From assembly GCF_036321535.1 (NCBI RefSeq), contig NC_087444.1:37014001-37078000 (forward strand): DNA of 64,000 nucleotides, given 5' to 3'. Under the pieces are notes generated by a model that was given only the letters and a program-made list of their open reading frames with translations, ran no database searches and was not told the DNA's origin. Position 1 is the first letter of the stretch. Each line of letters starts with the position of its first letter. Made by a program: the position numbers and the translations under genes. The stretch is from Camelus dromedarius (taxonomy: Eukaryota). Below, one piece after another: positions 52,808-64,000 of the stretch.

Positions 52808-54699
52808 GTTAGTGCATAGGGTGGGTGGGCTTCTCGGTGCCGGCAGAAGCAGGGGCGGATCCTGGCTCAGGAGCATGGGCGCGGCGCGGTTATCACCCGC
52901 GGCTGCTCGGGCCAGGTGGCAGCTGCGGCCTATTGGGCAGTTTCCGTGAGAAACGGGAGGGAGGGTCCGGACCTTGGCCCCCGCAGCTTCCTTGTCCCAG
53001 CTAGGGGCTTTCAAGGGTCGGCAGTGTCCTGTGGGTGAGAGGGAGGGGAGGGGCTGGTTCTGAACAGATCTGTGGGCCGAAATCTCTTGCCCGCCCCAGC
53101 CAGTCCCAAGTGCGAAACTCCTGCATGAAGGTGGGCTAGTAAGAGGCTGGGGAGCGCCCCTTGAGAGTTTGGGAGCGGCCTGCTGAGCAGGATGCAGGGA
53201 CTCGCAGCCTTTCTGTCCTTGAGGGGTCACGCCCGCAGGCCGTCACTGTCAACCCGGCCGGAGGTGAGGCTACTCGGGGACTATTAAGCTGTGTTAATGG
53301 AGCGCTGAGCTGGCTGGCTCCTGGTGGTAGGGGCATATTTTCTTGAGTCGGTACCCACGTGTCCCTCACAGTCTCATTCCAATTAAGAGTTCCCAGGAAC
53401 TAGCCCAAACCCGCGCTCAGAGAGGCGGACTCCTGGTGGGTGTGGCGCGGGACTTCCCGAGGAGGGGCTTTTGTGAAGGACACGCAGAAAGGAGTTCCCA
53501 AAGGGGTGATGGGAGCCAAGGGCCCTGGCCGCTTTTCAACCCTGTTTTCTGGCCTTCAACCTCCAGCCCGGCAGACCTATTTGACTTCTCTTAATTGTTC
53601 AGTACTAGTGAGTGTGACAGAGCATCCCCCTCCCCCAGGTTTTCAGTGTCCCCTAGGCAGGACCTATTGACAGACTCTGGCTGGGTACTGCCCCTACTTA
53701 CCCATCCCTTGGGGCGGGACCACATCCACCCAGTCAGCACCCTCAAGTTAGGGGGCTAAGAAGATATGATAGAGGATATCTGAAGGCAGGTTCCCACTCC
53801 TCTCACCTTGGGCCACTACCCCAGGACTTAACTGCTTTTCATCCTACTTGTCATCTACCTCGGGTTTTTTGGGGGGGATGGGTTGCTTTTTAAGAAAAAT
53901 ACATTTATTTTGCATTTTTCATACAAAAGAAATGTGTCTATTTTACATAAAGTAGAATATTGCTAAATTCAATGAAAATAAAAATCACCCCAAATCTCAC
54001 CCTCTCCCAACAGAGGTAAACAATGCTAATTTCCTGTTAATTTCCAAACTATTGTTTTGGGTAAACACACAAGTATTAGTATATTTTCTTCCAAAAGTTT
54101 ATGGGGTGGGTTGCTCAAAAGGTATGTCCCCTGTGCTCAGACCCAAGGTAGGGTTATCAGGTATCATTTTTCTTGCCAGGACTGGATGATGCTGGAGGGC
54201 CCCCTGCCTGTTATTGTCCCAGTTTTGGCCCTCAGGTTAGGTTCTGGGGGCAGATCTGAAACACAGCCACTGCTTTGAGCTCAGGGTCCCTACTCCCTCC
54301 CAAACAATATCCAAGGCTGTGGTCCTAGCTCCTCCTGGCATCCCTCCCCTGAACTTCACTGTCCCTCATGTAAATGGATGCCACCTAGGGCCACCTCACT
54401 TTTCCTTCCCAGAGCAACCATCACAGCTGAGACTCAGCACCCCTCCTATCCCACCATATGTAAATGCCAAAAACCAGAGAGTAAAGAAGTGTGACTGATG
54501 GGCAAGAGGTGGGGTCTTGAACCCATTTTTCTAGGAAAAGGATGGGATGTTGCCTCGGGTGAGGTCAGAAGGAAGAGGCAGGGCATCTCCCCCCTTCCCC
54601 ACTGCCTCATGGTCCAGTAACTGGGAGGCCACTGAGCTGAGGGCCAGTCCAGTGGTTCTCTGACAGAGAATTTTGCCCTTGGTCTAAGAGCTAGGATTT

Positions 54700-55170
54700 T
54701 GTCAAAGATAGATGGAAGAGATACTAGCACCAAGAAGCCCTGACTCTGTCTATATAGGCAAGGAGTCTAACAGAACAACCTGAGTTGTGTAAGACAAAAG
54801 CCCAGCTCCAAGGATTTTAGAACAAAAAGAAATAATTTAGCTCACATAACTGAAAAGTCCAGGGTGCAGCTAGAGCCAGGGGGAGAGTGAGGTTAGGAGT
54901 ACACCTCTTCATTTCTTGGCTCTGTAGCCTTCTGTGCCAGTTTCATTCTCAATCAGGCTCTTCCCAAGCAGTAGCAAAGGAGACCTACCCTACCTTCTAG
55001 TTCAGGTTCAAGATAGGGAAGGAAAACTTGTTCATCTTTCCTATTGGTCCAACCAAAGTTGCAGGTTGATTCTGATTGGTCCAACTTGAATCCTACACCC
55101 AACTCTGAACAAATCATTTCAGGAAGGTGAATGGAATATGCAGATTGGCCAGACCTGTTGCACTTGCCTA
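54700..55170. mobile_element. MaLR (MLT1-like) LTR remnant in TRADD intron 1; boundaries approximate
   Basis: tctgattggtccaacttgaatc...ccaactctgaacaaatca...gattggccagacctg resembles MLT1J/K by recall. Confidence 0.5.
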
Positions 55171-55776
55171 GGCCTGGAGCTAGGGAGTGGAGTTAACCCT
55201 TCTAACAGGCATATGCTTGAGAAAACGAGAAGGCCCCAAAAGTCAGTCAGGATTGGGGGAGGGAACCTGGGCAGGCAGAATCTCTAGTATAGTAGGAATA
55301 CAGGTGAGAAAACCTAAGTGGGGGACTGTGGTCCCACAGGGATCCTGGGGGCTCAAATTTAAGCTGAGGGCATACCAGAATACGGGTCAGGTTGTCTATG
55401 GGGCATGGGCACCATCAGGATGAGAATGTTTCCAGGCAGCTTTGATAAGAGAGACACCGTGGCCTGAGGAGGGGGCAGAACTTGTTCGCTTCCACTGAAA
55501 GATTGTCCCTCTCCTCTCCCACCACTGTGACCCTGGGCTATTTCCCTGAAAGTGCAGGGGAGGGATAGTCCTCACCGTAAAACGTGGCTGAGTTGGGCTA
55601 GGTTGATCTGGGCTATGCAGAACCTGAAACACAAGGGACTGCCTGTGGGATGATGAACTTCCCTTCACAAGTGTGCCAGCTGGGTGGGGACAGCTGGGCC
55701 ATGTGGGACTGGATAGTTGCCTCCAGCGCTGGGTTGGGGGTGATCTGGATGCCAATCTTTGTCCCCAGGAAGCAAG

Positions 55777-57832
55777 ATGGCAGCTGGGCCAAATGGGCTC
55801 GAGGAATGGGTGGGCAGCGCATACCTGTTTGTGGAGTCTTCACTGGACAAGGTGGTCTTGTCAGATGCCTACGCTCACCCCCAGCAGAAAGTGGCAGTGT
55901 ACAGAGCTCTGCGGACTGCCCTGGCAGGTGCGTGGGTGGGCAGCACTTGAAGAGGAAGGGGTGGCCTGGGGCCTTTTGTGAGGGGGGCCAGGGACTGAGA
56001 CCCCACCACTTCAACTCTGTGGGCCTGCACTTAACCAGTGCTTTAGGGAAAAGATTTGTTGCAAAAGGGAGGACATAGGCTGGCTGCATAGGCTCTGTCT
56101 TCTCTGTTTACACGTGTGTGCCCTTGAATGTAAACTTGTGTCCCTGTGTCTGTGTACCATCTACCTATGTATGTACTAATGTCCCTCTGCTCCATGCCCC
56201 CTACTCCCCAGATCAGCCCGTTCACTGCTTTCTACTAATCTCACATCTCTCTCCTCTTTTCCTTTCTCACTGCAGCATTCCTTGTCCAAGACCTCTCCCC
56301 AGTACCTACCTTTCAGGTCCCCTTTTCCCATCTCAGGAAGAGGCCACAGAAGGCTGAAGCTGGTGGGGTGGGTCTGGCTCCAGCCTCAGAGCAGAGAGAG
56401 CCCCTCTCCTTCCGGGGCGGGGCTGGGGGAACCAAACTAGGAGGCAGAAGACCTGAGACCTCATGCCCCTCCCATGCCCTAACAGCCACCTACCCAGAGG
56501 TCTTGGCCCCTTAAGGCACACGTCCCTCTCTATGCTGCAAAGTCTCCCCACTTCCCTTTTGCCCACCCTCATTTGGGGCTTCAGGGATGGGGCCTAGGGT
56601 GGCACCCACGCCATCTTAGGGTGCTCCCTGTGATAGGTCCTGGCCTTTATCCTGGGTTGCTGCTGTCTGTATCCCAATTTTGCTTCCCAGCTGGGAGTTC
56701 TGGGGTATACCACGCCCACAGGTCTGGGGATGGGGAGGGCGTCTGACCTCAGGCTTCATTCCTCCTTCAATCTGTTGGAGAATGGTCCCGCGTGGGTACC
56801 GCTGGCACCTGACTGCCCGCCTCCGCAGAGAGTGGCGGGAGCCCAGACGTGCTGCAGCTGCTCAAAATCCACCGCAGCGATCCGCAGCTGATTGTGCAGC
56901 TGCGTTTCTGTGGGCGCCAGCCCTGCGGCCGCTTCCTCCGCGCCTACCGCGAGGGGGCGCTGCGCGCCGCGCTGCAGGGGTGCTTGGCGGCGGCGCTTGC
57001 CCTGCACTCGGTGCCGTTGCAACTGGAGCTGCGCGCCGGCACGGAGCGTCTGGACACCTTGTTGACCGATGAGGAGCGCTGTTTGAACTGCATCTTCGCC
57101 CAGAAGGTGCGGCCGGGCTGAGGCCGGGCTGGGGTAGGGCAGGGATCGGCGGCTAAGACCCCCACCGACGCCGCACTCCCCTCCCTAGCCCGACAGGCTC
57201 CCCGACGAGGAACTCACTGAGTTGGAGGATGCGCTCAGGAATCTGACGTGCGGCTCAGGGGGCCAGGGAGGCGAAACGGAGGGTGCTCCGGGCCCCTCGC
57301 AGTCCCTGGCCCCCTCTCCAACGGAGGAGAAGCCGCTGCCGTCTGGCCAGACTTTTCTGTTCCAGGGTCAGCCCGTAGGTGAGGCGCCCGGAGAGAGGCA
57401 GAGGCAGGGTCGTCGGGAGGATGGAGTTTGGGGAGGGGTGAGGTCTGGAAGGGGTAGTCGTAGGGTGGGGGTAGAATGGGACGGTATCCCGAACTCACTT
57501 CGCTTCCCACTCCCCCTGCAGTGAACCGGCCGCTGAGCCTGCAGGACCAACAGACGTTCGCGCGCTCAGTGGGCCTCAAATGGCGGAAGGTGGGGCGCTC
57601 CCTGCAGCGCGGCTGCCGCGCGCTGCGGGATCCAGCGCTTGACTCACTGGCTTATGAGTACGAGCGCGAAGGGCTATACGAGCAGGCCTTCCAGCTGCTG
57701 CGGCGCTTCGTGCAGGCCGAGGGGCGCCGTGCCACACTGCAGCGCCTGGTGGAGGCGCTCGAGGAGAACGAGCTCACCAGCCTGGCGGAAGACTTGCTGG
57801 GCCTGACGAATCCAGATGGAGGCCTGGCCTAG
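55777..57832 (+). CDS. TRADD: TNFR1-associated death domain protein, 309 aa. Coding exons 55777-55927, 56829-57106, 57189-57378, 57522-57832
   Basis: Contains [32 protein letters not shown] and the death domain [19 protein letters not shown]...[13 protein letters not shown]. The exons sum to 930 nt. AATAAA is at 58326-58331. Confidence 0.97.
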
Positions 57833-60800
57833 GTTGGGTACCAGAGAAAGGGGCGGTGAGCCAGTTGCCCAGCCAAGGTTTGGAGCACTTGGATGACTCC
57901 ATAGGGTCCCTTCTGCTGCTACTGCTGACCGACCTCTGTTCATCCACGGGACTCTGAGACCACAATTACCACCGCACTTAGCAGAGCTGCTGGAGCTGCT
58001 GGAGCCGCTGGGTGGAGTTGACTATCTTTTGCAGGAGTCGGACAAGCACTCACAAGCCTGCTGGGGCGTCACTGGGGGTTCTGCTCTGGAGACTTTGATA
58101 GAGACAAAGTGTATGGGTGACCTGCTGCAGAGGTTGGCCTCACCCGCTCCCACCCCAGAAGAGGGGCTTCCAGTCAGACCTTACCTCTTCACTCATCGAA
58201 CCTTCATTCATTAAGGAACTGCTGTATTCTAGGCATCATCTTGGGTGCTGCAAATACTGTGGTACACGAATTCTGCCCGCGCCCAGCTCACACTCATTGT
58301 GAAACTCCAAATATTAAGCAACAGTAATAAAATACCACCCGTTTTTTAATGTGAAAAATACAAGGAGTTGTGGGAGTGACTAAGCAGGGGCCTAACCCAG
58401 GTTAGGAGTCAGGTTTCCTGGGAGAAAAATAGGTGTGAATGGTGGGTAGGAGGGTTGAGAGAATAGCATGGGCAGCCTCAAATGAGGTCTTAAGAAACAT
58501 GAAAGGGAGGGATGTTAGAAAAACAGATCATCTAGAATGGCTGGATCTAGAGGTGGGTGGATTTGCAGAGAGACCCACTGGTGAGTGAGGGAGGCAGATA
58601 GTGTGGGGCCTGGAAGTCATTTTACAGAGTCTGGATTTTATCTGGGGGCCAGTGAGAAGCCTTTAAAGGGTTTTTGCAGTTAAGGTGGGAGGCTGGTGAG
58701 GAAGCAGAGAGAAAGAGGACAGCAGTCCAGGTTGAGCTGTTGGCAGCAGAGATGGAGGGAAGGGATGAACACTGAGAGCTGTTGAGGAGAAAGGATAACA
58801 GGCCTGGTGACACTGAATAAGGAGGGAGGTGGGAGAGGACCCCAGAGTTTCTGTCTTTGCCAGCTGGATGGAGAGCAGAGCTGCCTGATGAGTTAGGGGC
58901 TCTGGTGGAGGTGCAGTGCTTGCTTTGTTTGGGACAAGTTGGGCATGATGTTCCTATAGAATATCCAGGGAGGGAGTCTGTGCATAGCTGGTTCTATAGT
59001 TTTGAGTTCAGGAAAGGGCCAAAGCTAAGGATTCACAAATGGACAGGTAGGAGTGGGTGAGGTGGCCAGGGGGTAGGTCCTGAAGGACACCAACCAGAAA
59101 AAGAGCAACCCAAAGAGGAAGGAGGAAAACCAGAAGGTTTGGAAGCCAGGGAAATACCCACCTGCTGTATTGGAGGTTGCAAACCTGTCAAGGCTGAGTA
59201 TCCACTGGAGTCAGGGAAAATGTTACTAGGTGGAGGCTGTTTCTGGGACATGGTGGGGACAGCCTGAAGCCAGACCATAAGAGGGATGGGAGGTGAGGCA
59301 GTAGAGAAAGCCAGAGCAGAGGACTCCTGAGAATTCTGTGAACAGGAGAGTGAGGCTCAGGATGCAGGGTTTGTTTTTTAAGGGAGAACACTGGTAGGAA
59401 GTCAGAAGCAGCAGTCATAGCCACTGGAAAGAGGATTGTGCTGGGTAGCAGTGCTGGTTCGTACAGCCTGCCCTCAGAAGCTCCCAGGTGGGGTAGGGGG
59501 TGGAGGTTGTCTACTCCAAGACCCATTGCATGAGCTGGGATCTGGAGGCTCTGAGTTCCAGGAAGTGAAAGGTGGCAGCAGAGCTAGGCAAGGCCTGGGC
59601 CCTCAATCTCCAGAGCACCTCTCTGCCTGCCTGGGTCCAGATCAAACAAACCCTTTGCTTGCTAGCCTACTTCAGGAGTCCCCCAAGCTGAACCAATCCC
59701 TGCCAGCCCTACCGGACCTGCAGGGGGCCCAAGCTTGGTTATTTCTACCTGCAGGAGGCTACGCTGGCCTGGACACTAGGGACCAGGGGACTGTCTCTAG
59801 GGAGACAGACCGAAGTGCTCACTTGTGAAGTTAAAGCAGACAAGGTCATCCCCCTGTCCTGTATCCCAGTGGATGAGGGAGAGAGGCAAGGGAAGACAGA
59901 GGAAAAAGTCCTGGACTGAATTCTGGAAGACCTGAAGCCGTGCTCTTATCTTCTGCCTGTATGATCCTGGGCAAGTCACTTACCTCCCTGAAGGGCAGCA
60001 AACCCATCTGGGCATGATCAATGAGAGCTGCTGACAGGGTTGTGAGAACTGAACGAGCAGTCTTGTTGGTTCTTGTCTGTGTGGTGTGTTTGCCGGCAGG
60101 CATGGCAGAACCAAGAGTAAGGAGGCAGCCATGTATCTGGGGCATTTTTTGGACCCTGTCTTCCAGAACCAGGGCTCCTGGTAAGCCAAGGAGAGGCGCT
60201 TCCTAGGCTGTGTTGGGAGGCGCCAGGTGTTTGCCAAAGTTGCTGGGCTCCAGGGATTTGGGACCCGCCTGCCCTGGTGCTCCTGCCAACCCAGGCCCTG
60301 ACCCACACTGGAGAGGCAGGGATGGGGAAACTAACCCGAGGGGCTAATGCTTCTTCCTGTCTCCTGGAAAGGCAGATTTGGGGAATTTGAGCCTGCACAG
60401 AGACCAGAATCCACCTCTTCCAGCCTTCCCAGAGAGAGCTGCCAGTGAGGATCCCTCTCAGAAATTAGTTCCCACTCGGAGACAGGGCTCACAGCGGCGG
60501 CGCCAGGGCGGAGCTGAGCTCCAGATGTCCGGGCGCGCACAGCTGTTGGGTCACGTGGCAGCGGCCCCGGGCCCCCCCTTCCTGCCAACGTTGCATTTGG
60601 CCCAGGCCCCGTCCATGGCCGCCCTTGGGACCCTACGCTGAGCCCCGGAGGCCCTGGCATGCGGGGCCGCGCCGCTCCCAAAGGTCAAAGGTGTGTCAAG
60701 ATTTCAAGGACGACCGTGGTGGGTAGGGATGGGTAAAATGGATTGGGCCTCAGCGCGGGAAGGGGGTGGGGCCGAGGCTCTGCGTGTCCTTGTCCCGGCC

Positions 60801-61084
60801 TTGGGGCACCGTCCTGAGCCGGAGCTCAGGGGTGGGAGTCAGCTACTAGGAGGAACTTCTTTCCCTTTCAGGGTGCCCATCCCGGTGGGGGGTGGTCAGG
60901 GCCCAAAGTAGGAGGACACTGGAGGGGGATGAACGGCTGGTAGCTGGAGACCCCGGAGTGTGGCCTCCTGCCCCCTCCCCTTGGGGAGGGCTGGGTAGGA
61001 AACCCTGGGGGCTGCTAGGTTCCCAGTCTGATGCCCTGATTGAGTTCTCTCTCCCCAGGGGGCGCGGGCGCCGGCCACGCGGAC

Positions 61085-62293
61085 ATGAGGCGGAGGCTGC
61101 GCCTACGCAGAGAAGCGTCGCTCACGCTGCTTCTCGGCGCCGCCCTCGGCCTCCTCCTCTACGCGCAGCGCGATGGCGCGGCACCGACGACAAGCGCGCC
61201 GCGAGCTCAAGAGGGGGCGGCGCTGGAGCCCACCGCGGGGCTCCGTGTATTCCCGGCACCCGACGCGGGTGCAGCTCCGCCGGCCTACGAAGAGGACACG
61301 CCGCAGCCGCCCACGCCCACGGGACCCTTTGACTTTGGTCGCTATCTGCGCGCCAAGGACCAGCGGCGCTTCCCTCTGCTCATTAACCAGCCGCACAAGT
61401 GCCGAGGAAATGGCGCATCTGCCAGCGGACCTGACCTGCTCATCGCCGTTAAGTCGGTGGCGGCTGACTTCGAGCGGCGCCAAGCCGTGCGCCAGACGTG
61501 GGGTGCTGAGGGTCGCGTGCAGGGGGCGCTTGTGCGCCGGGTGTTCCTGCTGGGCGTGCCCAGGGGCGCAGGCACGGACGGGGCAGACGCGGAGGGGGCG
61601 GGCACGCAAACGCACTGGAGCGCTCTGCTGCGTGCTGAGAGTCGAGCGTACGCAGACATCCTACTCTGGGCTTTCGACGACACTTTTTTCAACTTGACGC
61701 TCAAGGAGATCCACTTCCTGGCCTGGGCCTCCGCCTACTGCCCCGACGTGCGCTTCGTTTTTAAAGGCGACGCCGACGTGTTCGTGCATGTGGGAAACCT
61801 GCTGGAGTTCTTGGCGCCGCGGGACCCGGCGCAGGACCTGCTTGCGGGTGACGTGATCGTGCAGGCGCGGCCAATCCGAGTGCGGGCTAGCAAGTACTAC
61901 ATTCCCGAGGCTGTGTACGGCTTGCCCGCCTACCCGGCCTATGCAGGCGGCGGTGGCTTCGTGCTCTCAGGGGCCACACTGCGCCGCCTGGCTGGCGCCT
62001 GCGCGCAGGTTGAGCTCTTCCCCATCGACGACGTCTTTCTGGGCATGTGTCTACAGCGCCTGCGTCTCACACCTGAGCCGCACCCTGCTTTCCGCACCTT
62101 TGGTATCTCTCGGCCTTCAGCCGCGCCGCACTTACGCACCTTTGACCCCTGCTTTTACCGCGAGCTTCTTGTAGTGCACGGGCTCTCCGCTGCTGACATC
62201 TGGCTTATGTGGCACCTGCTGCACGGACCGCGTGGGCCAGCCTGTGCGCATCCATGGCCTGTCGCTACTGGCCCTTTCCAGTGGGGCCCCTAG
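61085..62293 (+). CDS. B3GNT9: Beta-1,3-N-acetylglucosaminyltransferase 9 (GT31), 402 aa, single coding exon
   Basis: N-terminal TM segment [14 protein letters not shown] and GT31 motifs [45 protein letters not shown]. An acceptor lies at 61058, just before the ATG. Confidence 0.96.
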   Translation: MRRRLRLRREASLTLLLGAALGLLLYAQRDGAAPTTSAPRAQEGAALEPTAGLRVFPAPDAGAAPPAYEEDTPQPPTPTGPFDFGRYLRAKDQRRFPLLINQPHKCRGNGASASGPDLLIAVKSVAADFERRQAVRQTWGAEGRVQGALVRRVFLLGVPRGAGTDGADAEGAGTQTHWSALLRAESRAYADILLWAFDDTFFNLTLKEIHFLAWASAYCPDVRFVFKGDADVFVHVGNLLEFLAPRDPAQDLLAGDVIVQARPIRVRASKYYIPEAVYGLPAYPAYAGGGGFVLSGATLRRLAGACAQVELFPIDDVFLGMCLQRLRLTPEPHPAFRTFGISRPSAAPHLRTFDPCFYRELLVVHGLSAADIWLMWHLLHGPRGPACAHPWPVATGPFQWGP

Positions 62294-64000
62294 CCACTTA
62301 TCACAGCACCCAGCTCCCCTCATTCAGACCCAGGATGTAGTGGGAGGTGGTTTTAATGGTAGGTTTCCCAGGGCGGATTACTGCGGTGTGTATGGTTCTT
62401 CCGCAGAAAAGGGCGTGAGTTCAGGATCCAGCCCCACTATCACCAGGAGTCTGCCGCCTCAGGGTCTCAGGGATTGAAGATTGAGCTTGGCTCCTGCTGA
62501 CCTACCCTAATGGGAGGTGATCTGGAACCAATCAAATGGTGGCTCTTGAGATGGGCAGGGATGAGGTGGTGTACCATCAGGCTCTTTGCCAAGCAGATAA
62601 ACATGTTTGGTGCTCCTAGTAGGGACGTGTGTGTGGTGGGAGTGGCAGAGGCTCATGGAATCTGACCATACTCCTTGGCTTGGAATTCCTAGGGCAGACA
62701 AATGCAGGTCTTTCTCAAGGATGGCCCCACAGGGAGGGGCGGGGGTAGGGACCTGACCTCAGTCCTTATGGGACTGGCTGGCATTCTCCCACAACTCAAT
62801 CTGAAAGTAGGTGTTTTGCTTCCTACCTGTCCCTTCAAAGTGGATTCTTAATCCTGTCCAGGTCTTTAGTTCTCCTACTGTCTGCTTTCCTGGGGCCAAC
62901 TCCCGAGCCCTGGACTGGATGGAACACCAGGGATGGAGACACACAAGGACTGAGGGCATTGTCCTACCTAAAGTCTTTCACCACCTCCAGCTACCCACTG
63001 AAAAAGAACCTACAACCACAAAACTGAGTCTCCTACTGGAGGCCATGCTGCCCCCTTCAGAGGAGCCAAGGAACCTCTTCTCCTAAGATGACTTCACTAT
63101 TAATTTCCCCATATTCTTCAACCACCCCCTTTCTCATCCCCCACCAAAAAACAATGCCTCCATGCTTATTTTAGTACAAACACCCCAGCAACAGCATATT
63201 GCTGAGGGCATAGGTCTTTATTGGAGGAGGGGTGTGGGCAGGGCATGAGGAAGGTTCCCCCATTCTAGGAGGATGGGAACAGTCCTGGCTGCCCCACAGT
63301 GGGATGTGCAGGGTGTCTCTGGCCAGGCCACAGTCCACATGGGAAGACACTAATCAGTCACAAAGTCATGGGAATGCCACACAAGCCTGGCTATATGCCC
63401 AGGAACCACAAAGGAGCCCGNNNNNNNNNNNNNNNNNNNNNNNNNNNNNNNNNNNNNNNNNNNNNNNNNNNNNNNNNNNNNNNNNNNNNNNNNNNNNNNN
63501 NNNNNNNNNNNNNNNNNNNNNNNNNNNNNNNNNNNNNNNNNNNNNNNNNNNNNNNNNNNNNNNNNNNNNNNNNNNNNNNNNNNNNNNNNNNNNNNNNNNN
63601 NNNNNNNNNNNNNNNNNNNNNNNNNNNNNNNNNNNNNNTTCCTTAGTAAGTCCCATGAAGAGACTGAGCAGCCAGCCCTCCTTGAGCCCCAGAGGCCTTG
63701 AGCCATGAATGGGCCTGGCCAGGAGACACTGCCCTGGCTTGGGACAGCGAAGCCAAGCCCATAGTGCAGGACAGAATGCTGAAACACAACAAAAGGAGGA
63801 AGATGTCTTTGGCTAAAACTTTGGCATTAAATAAAAGAGGCAGACAAGATGGAAACATGCAGCCCCGCCAGCCAGGTTGGGCAGAGTAGGGGCACAGGCA
63901 ACCCTGAAGGCTCGCTCCAAGAGGGGTGGGAACCAGGTCTGGGCACATAACTCAATGGTAGAAAGTTGTTTCAACCACTTGGGAGTGCCTACTGGGCCTA

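Overview
Mammalian genomic DNA, GC-rich and very gene-dense, with five N-runs. It is the conserved block syntenic to human 16q22.1, seen in reverse orientation: LRRC29/FBXL9(+), MIR328(+, antisense in an ELMO3 intron), ELMO3(-), E2F4(-), EXOC3L1(+), MATCAP1/KIAA0895L(+), NOL3(-), HSF4(-), FBXL8(-), TRADD(+), B3GNT9(+). Exons were traced by hand through splice sites, and the spliced lengths close in frame (ELMO3 720 aa, EXOC3L1 739, MATCAP1 471, NOL3/ARC 202, HSF4b 490, FBXL8 374, TRADD 309, B3GNT9 402). Young tRNA-derived SINEs with target-site duplications resemble camelid SINEs (from recall, unverified). No prokaryotic-type system is present, and I found no evidence for a wholly new gene family. 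The most notable observations are: (1) LRRC29 looks inactivated, with an in-frame TGA plus an apparent 1-bp frameshift, yet an F-box-less 214-aa LRR product could bypass both lesions, and its transcription points straight at MIR328; (2) the miR-328-5p arm is the reverse complement of an ELMO3 3' splice site; (3) E2F4 has a U12-type AT-AC intron; (4) the NOP30 frame of NOL3 is closed by a premature stop; (5) HSF4 has a dual-frame exon. Comparisons with human or mouse proteins are from memory, not from database searches.
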